From positions 60,600-124,599 of the forward strand of contig JBBTCT010000006.1 in the NCBI GenBank assembly GCA_038060895.1: a stretch of 64,000 nucleotides of DNA. Direction: 5' to 3'. Origin of the DNA: Planctomycetota bacterium (GTDB taxonomy: Bacteria; Planctomycetota; MHYJ01; WSZJ01). The notes beneath the pieces are model-generated. The model had not been told where the DNA came from and searched no databases. It worked only from the letters and a program-made list of their open reading frames with translations. Positions 57,503-64,000 of this stretch are shown here, in pieces (the first letter of the stretch is position 1; every line of letters starts with the position of its first letter). The position numbers were made by a program, and so were the translations under genes.

Positions 57503-59476
57503 ATGCCGAAGCCGAACCCCATGACGCTTACCCAGAAGATCCTCGCGGCGCACGCAATCGGGCTGACGAAGCCATTTGTCACGACTGGCGACATCCTGCA
57601 GGTCAAGGTCGACTGGACGATCGCGAGCGAACTGGCCTGGAACGGCATGGACCGGACGTACGAAATGCTCGGCCGGCCGCCGGTGTACGACAAGGACCGC
57701 TTCTTTCTTGCCGTCGATCACACGGTCGATCCCGTCACGCTCGCCAGCGACAAGCGTGCCCAGAAACTGACGCAGCTGTCGCGCGACTTCGCAAGGGAAG
57801 CGGGCATCACGCACTTCTATGACGCGAACGTCACCATCCTCCACACGAAGTTCTACCGTGATCTCGTGCAGCCCGGGGAGATCGTGCTGGGCGCCGACTC
57901 GCACACGTCGTCGCACGGCGGGATGGGGGCCTTCTCGATCGGCCTGGGCGGCGCGGACATCACGGCGGCCATGGTGCTGGGGACGAGCTGGATCGAAGTA
58001 CCCGAGGCCATCGAGGTCGTTTACTCCGGCAAGCCCGCATTCGGGATCGGCGGCAAGGACATCATCCTGAGGACGCTCGGCGACCTCGGGCGCAACACCG
58101 TCGCGATGGAACGCTCCGTCGAGTACCGCGGCGAGGGCGTGAAGGAACTCACGACCGACGCGCGCTTCACCATCGCCAACATGACCGCCGAGTTCGGCGG
58201 CCTGAACGGCATCTTCGAAGCGGACGGGCAGGTCGCTGCGTGGCTGTCGAAGCGAAAGTCGCACAACGAGGGAGCGAAATGGTTCCGGGCGGACGACGGC
58301 GCGCCGTACGTTGCGCGCTTCCCGATCGACCTGGCGAAAATCGTCCCGCTCGTTGCGAAGCCGTTCAGCCCGGACAACGTGTTCACTGCGGAACAGCACG
58401 CGGGCATGGCGCTCGACGGCGTGTTCATCGGCGCGTGCACGACGACGGAGGAAGAGCTGGTGCTGTCCGCGCTGGTGCTCGAGCAGGTGCTCAAGGACCG
58501 GAAGCCGGTTACTTCGATGAAGCGCGTCGTCGTTCCTGGCGACCTGTCGATCCAGCGCAATCTCGCCGCGGCGGGCCTCTGGAAAATCTACGAGCAAGCC
58601 GGATTCCGCGTCTCCGTCCCCGGCTGCTCGATGTGTCTCGGCGTCGCGAGCGAAAAGGCGGGCAAAGGCGAGACCTGGCTTTCTTCGCAGAACCGCAACT
58701 TCCCGAACCGGATGGGCGAGGGTTCTCTCGCGTGGCTCGCGTCCGGCCCCACGGTCGCCGCCTCGGCGGTCTCCCTCAAGGTCGCCGACCCCAGACCGTT
58801 CCTCGCGAAGGTCGACCGCGAGCGCTTTGAAAAACTCCTCGGCCGCGATCGCAGGACTCCGCTCCCGAACGTCCTTACCACCGAACCCGAACTCGACGTC
58901 GTTCCCGCCCACGCCGCTTCCACCGACGTCGCCGTCGACCAGCCGTGGACCGTACGCGGCCGCGTCCAGAAGTTCGGCGACAACATCGACACCGACGCGA
59001 TCATCCCGGGAGAGTTCTGCCACCTGGTGAAGCTCGATGAACTGGGCGCGAAGTGCTTCCACTTCGTGAAGCCGGGATTTGCGGAGAATGTTCGCAAGGG
59101 CCAGAACATCGTCGTTGCGGGACTGGGCTGGGGGAGCGGCTCTTCGCGCGAGCAGGCCGTGTGGGCTCTGCAGGGCGCCGGCATCAAGCTCGTCATCGCG
59201 CGCAGCTACGCCTTCATCCACAAGCGCAACCTCGTCAACGAAGCGCTCCCGTTCCTGGTCGTCTCCGACGACGCGTTCTACGCCGCGGTCACCGACGAAA
59301 CCGAGCTTTCGGTCAACGTCAACTCGGGCGAGATCGTGCTGCCGGCAAGCGGGAGGAAATTCCGCGCGGAGCCGCTCACGCCCATCGTGAAATCGCTCAT
59401 GCGCGAGCAGGGGCTCGTCCCCGCCATCAAGCGCCACGGCGCGCAGGTGTTTGAGCTCCTCGCGGCGGGGGTTTGA
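57503..59476 (+). CDS. Single-chain aconitase-family isomerase (LeuC plus LeuD-like fusion)
   Basis: TLTQKIL, GADSHT, IGACTT, PGCSMCLG, NRNFPNRMG, then swivel domain DNIDTDAIIP, GSGSSREQA. Confidence 0.9.
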   Translation: MPKPNPMTLTQKILAAHAIGLTKPFVTTGDILQVKVDWTIASELAWNGMDRTYEMLGRPPVYDKDRFFLAVDHTVDPVTLASDKRAQKLTQLSRDFAREAGITHFYDANVTILHTKFYRDLVQPGEIVLGADSHTSSHGGMGAFSIGLGGADITAAMVLGTSWIEVPEAIEVVYSGKPAFGIGGKDIILRTLGDLGRNTVAMERSVEYRGEGVKELTTDARFTIANMTAEFGGLNGIFEADGQVAAWLSKRKSHNEGAKWFRADDGAPYVARFPIDLAKIVPLVAKPFSPDNVFTAEQHAGMALDGVFIGACTTTEEELVLSALVLEQVLKDRKPVTSMKRVVVPGDLSIQRNLAAAGLWKIYEQAGFRVSVPGCSMCLGVASEKAGKGETWLSSQNRNFPNRMGEGSLAWLASGPTVAASAVSLKVADPRPFLAKVDRERFEKLLGRDRRTPLPNVLTTEPELDVVPAHAASTDVAVDQPWTVRGRVQKFGDNIDTDAIIPGEFCHLVKLDELGAKCFHFVKPGFAENVRKGQNIVVAGLGWGSGSSREQAVWALQGAGIKLVIARSYAFIHKRNLVNEALPFLVVSDDAFYAAVTDETELSVNVNSGEIVLPASGRKFRAEPLTPIVKSLMREQGLVPAIKRHGAQVFELLAAGV

Positions 59477-59585
59477 GGGAGTGCGGAGCGATCGACCTGC
59501 GGCGCGCGTTCCCAACCCTTCCGGCTCACACGCGGTGTAATTGCCGGCAGGTCGAGATTCGCGCCGCCACGTATGATGGTCGCCG

Positions 59586-60785
59586 ATGCGCACGATGATC
59601 CTCCTGATGTTCTGCGGCCTGGCCGCCGCGGCGCTTCCCCCCGATTGGGACCGGAAATCCGTGTCGCCGGCCTGCCCTTACTGCGAGGCCACGCTTGGCT
59701 GGAATTCCGCGCAGTGCTACTCCTGCCAGGCAAAGGTCGAGTGGGCGCTTCCCGCCGCGCCGGAAAACGGGGAGGAAGCGTGGCGCTTCCTGGCCACCGC
59801 CGTCGCCCGCCACGACCGCGCGTTCATCAAGCTGCTGGTGGAAGGGGATGCCGACGAGAACGAGCGGACGCTGGCGATTGCGCCGCTCATGGGGTTCACG
59901 AAGTCTGCGGCGATGGAAGGGGGAGAGCGCGTGGTCGCCGTGGCGCTCGACCGGGCGACGTCGCTGGCGCTCGTGTGGTCGAAGGGAAAGTTCGCGGCGC
60001 GGTTTGAAGCCCACCGGCCGCTCAAGAACCAGGTGGAGGCGATCAGGCTGCTCAGGTCCGCGGCGGCCGCGGAGTCGAAATTGCGGGACGGTGATCTCGA
60101 CGGCAACGGGGCCGCCGATTTCTGGGCCGGCGACTGGTCCGGGCTCGCGCGGCTGGCGGATGCGGACGGAAATGCTCTCGCGCTCATCTCGCCCGAGGCA
60201 GCGGCAGCGGACTTGAAGCCGCTTCCCGCTTCCGCCGAGGGCGCTCCCCGCCCGCGCCTGCTTGCCGCCGCGCCCGCCGCGCCGTGGAACGGTTACCGGT
60301 TCGCCGCGCTGGTGCTCGACGAGGCGGGCCGGCCTCTCGCGGCCGACGGCCCGGATGCCGGCGGCGACGCGTGGGAAAACCCGAAGTCGTTCGCGTTCAT
60401 CGCCATCCCCGCCGAGCGCGGCGTGACAGGGTGGATGACGCTCGTCGTGTCGGAAGACGGGCAGGTCTGGGGCAAGGACCTCGGGGAAGCCACGGGGCGC
60501 GAAGAGATGCCCGGAGCCGCATCTGCCGAGGAATCCGCCGCAATCGCAGCCGCGATTCGCAGTCTTGACGCCGAGGCGCAGGAGACGCGGGAGGCGGCCG
60601 ACGCGACGCTGCGTTCGTTGGGGAGAAAGGCGAAGGCGGCGATGGAGGAAGCGCTGAAGTCAGCCGGACCGGAGCCGCGACGGCGGCTGCGCGACATTCT
60701 CGAAGATCTTCAGGCGATCCCCGATGCGCGCCGCTGGCCGGCGGAATCGAAGGACCTCATGGACGCTGGGTGGGAACGACTCTGA
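59586..60785 (+). CDS. Exported DUF2950/pilin-like protein with N-terminal zinc ribbon and C-terminal HEAT repeat
   Basis: CPYC..CYSC; DLDGNGAADFW, GYRF, FAFIAIPA..GWMTLVVSEDGQVWGKD; TREAADATL. Confidence 0.7.
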   Translation: MRTMILLMFCGLAAAALPPDWDRKSVSPACPYCEATLGWNSAQCYSCQAKVEWALPAAPENGEEAWRFLATAVARHDRAFIKLLVEGDADENERTLAIAPLMGFTKSAAMEGGERVVAVALDRATSLALVWSKGKFAARFEAHRPLKNQVEAIRLLRSAAAAESKLRDGDLDGNGAADFWAGDWSGLARLADADGNALALISPEAAAADLKPLPASAEGAPRPRLLAAAPAAPWNGYRFAALVLDEAGRPLAADGPDAGGDAWENPKSFAFIAIPAERGVTGWMTLVVSEDGQVWGKDLGEATGREEMPGAASAEESAAIAAAIRSLDAEAQETREAADATLRSLGRKAKAAMEEALKSAGPEPRRRLRDILEDLQAIPDARRWPAESKDLMDAGWERL

Positions 60786-60796
60786 GCGGGACGAAT

Positions 60797-61195
60797 TCAG
60801 TGCTTGTCGCCGCCGCCCATCATCTTCTCGTACCGGTCCGCGGCCTCGCCGATGTACTGAAGCGACGCCAGCAGGTGAGTGGGCGTGGATTCAGCGAGCA
60901 TGATCGTCTCCTGGATCACCAGGTCGTCGCCGTCGATCGCGAGCGAGCCGTGAGTGAGGCCCGCGTTCATCTTCAGCGCCGACGTGGGCCGCTGGCTTGA
61001 GAGCGCGGTCGCGGGGCCGATCTTGGACTTGAATCTCCCGTACTGGTGCCCGCCCTCCTCGAACGTCGACACGATCACGGTCTGCTTGCGGCCGCCCTTC
61101 AGGTCGAGCGTCACGAGCCAGGTGCCGCCCGTTTCGCGGATGTTGATCCACTTGCCCTGTTCGACCGTCTTTTTCAGCAGCTCGCGCATGTCCAT
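60797..61195 (-). CDS. YbjN/T3SS-chaperone-like small protein
   Basis: GRKQTVIV, ALKMNAGLTHGSLAI, IGEAADRYEKMMGGGD pattern; GGAG RBS. Confidence 0.7.
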   Translation of the reverse strand: MDMRELLKKTVEQGKWINIRETGGTWLVTLDLKGGRKQTVIVSTFEEGGHQYGRFKSKIGPATALSSQRPTSALKMNAGLTHGSLAIDGDDLVIQETIMLAESTPTHLLASLQYIGEAADRYEKMMGGGDKH

Positions 61196-61311
61196 GGGGC
61201 GGTCTCCGTGGGGGTCAGGCGCGAAGTATAGCGCGTGTTCAGGGTGGTGCCAGCAGCGCGAGAATGCAGCGGGCGGGCGGGCGGGGGGGGACGCCGAGGG
61301 CGAGGAACGAC

Positions 61312-63879
<2,568 letters not shown>

Positions 63880-63926
63880 GCGGGGGAGTCTGGACCACGC
63901 GGGGCGCGCGTGTCAATCCGTTGGCA

Positions 63927-64000
63927 AGAGCAGCGGGCGGGCGGGAGGCAGGCGGGCCAGCGGGCAGGCGGGCCAGCGGGCGGGCGGGCCAGCGGGCAGG
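63927..64000. repeat. GCGGGC(C)AG-type 8/16-bp tandem repeat running off the window end
   Basis: GCGGGCCAGCGGGCAG-like units repeated about 3-4 times; related tracts at 61268-61290 and 61347-61391. Confidence 0.75.

Overview
GC-rich (about 65-70% by eye) bacterial chromosomal segment. It is probably from an uncultured Planctomycetota/PVC-type lineage; this is an inference from the many exported HEAT-repeat, DUF1570-like and DUF2950-like proteins and the 'RDSL-stop' prfB frameshift. Housekeeping content: a sufBCDSU operon plus a second sufS-sufU pair, prfB with its programmed +1 frameshift, mutS, a DinG helicase, leuB, a fused LeuC/LeuD-like aconitase, comF, a CbpA-type DnaJ, an nfeD-flotillin pair, and a fatty-acid beta-oxidation operon ending in a strongly truncated ETF pair. 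Accessory content: a vapBC module, a broken DUF1570 peptidase gene, an FG-GAP propeller coupled to a pentaheme cytochrome, and several catalytically degenerate enzymes. No rRNA, tRNA, CRISPR array or transposase was seen. The most intriguing signals are non-coding. (i) Two apparently paralogous structured RNAs (about 7358-7555 + and 11291-11431 -) share a C-rich anti-Shine-Dalgarno-like loop, each complementary to the RBS of a downstream stress gene, and one sits behind a near-consensus sigma54 promoter. (ii) A 180-bp hairpin with strand-specific G:U pairs abuts a lipoprotein RBS. (iii) Leaderless promoter architecture is pervasive, including a bidirectional overlapping -10. (iv) Several families of palindromic and heptad repeats occur in intergenic DNA. 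All assignments come from reading motifs by eye; no database searches were run.
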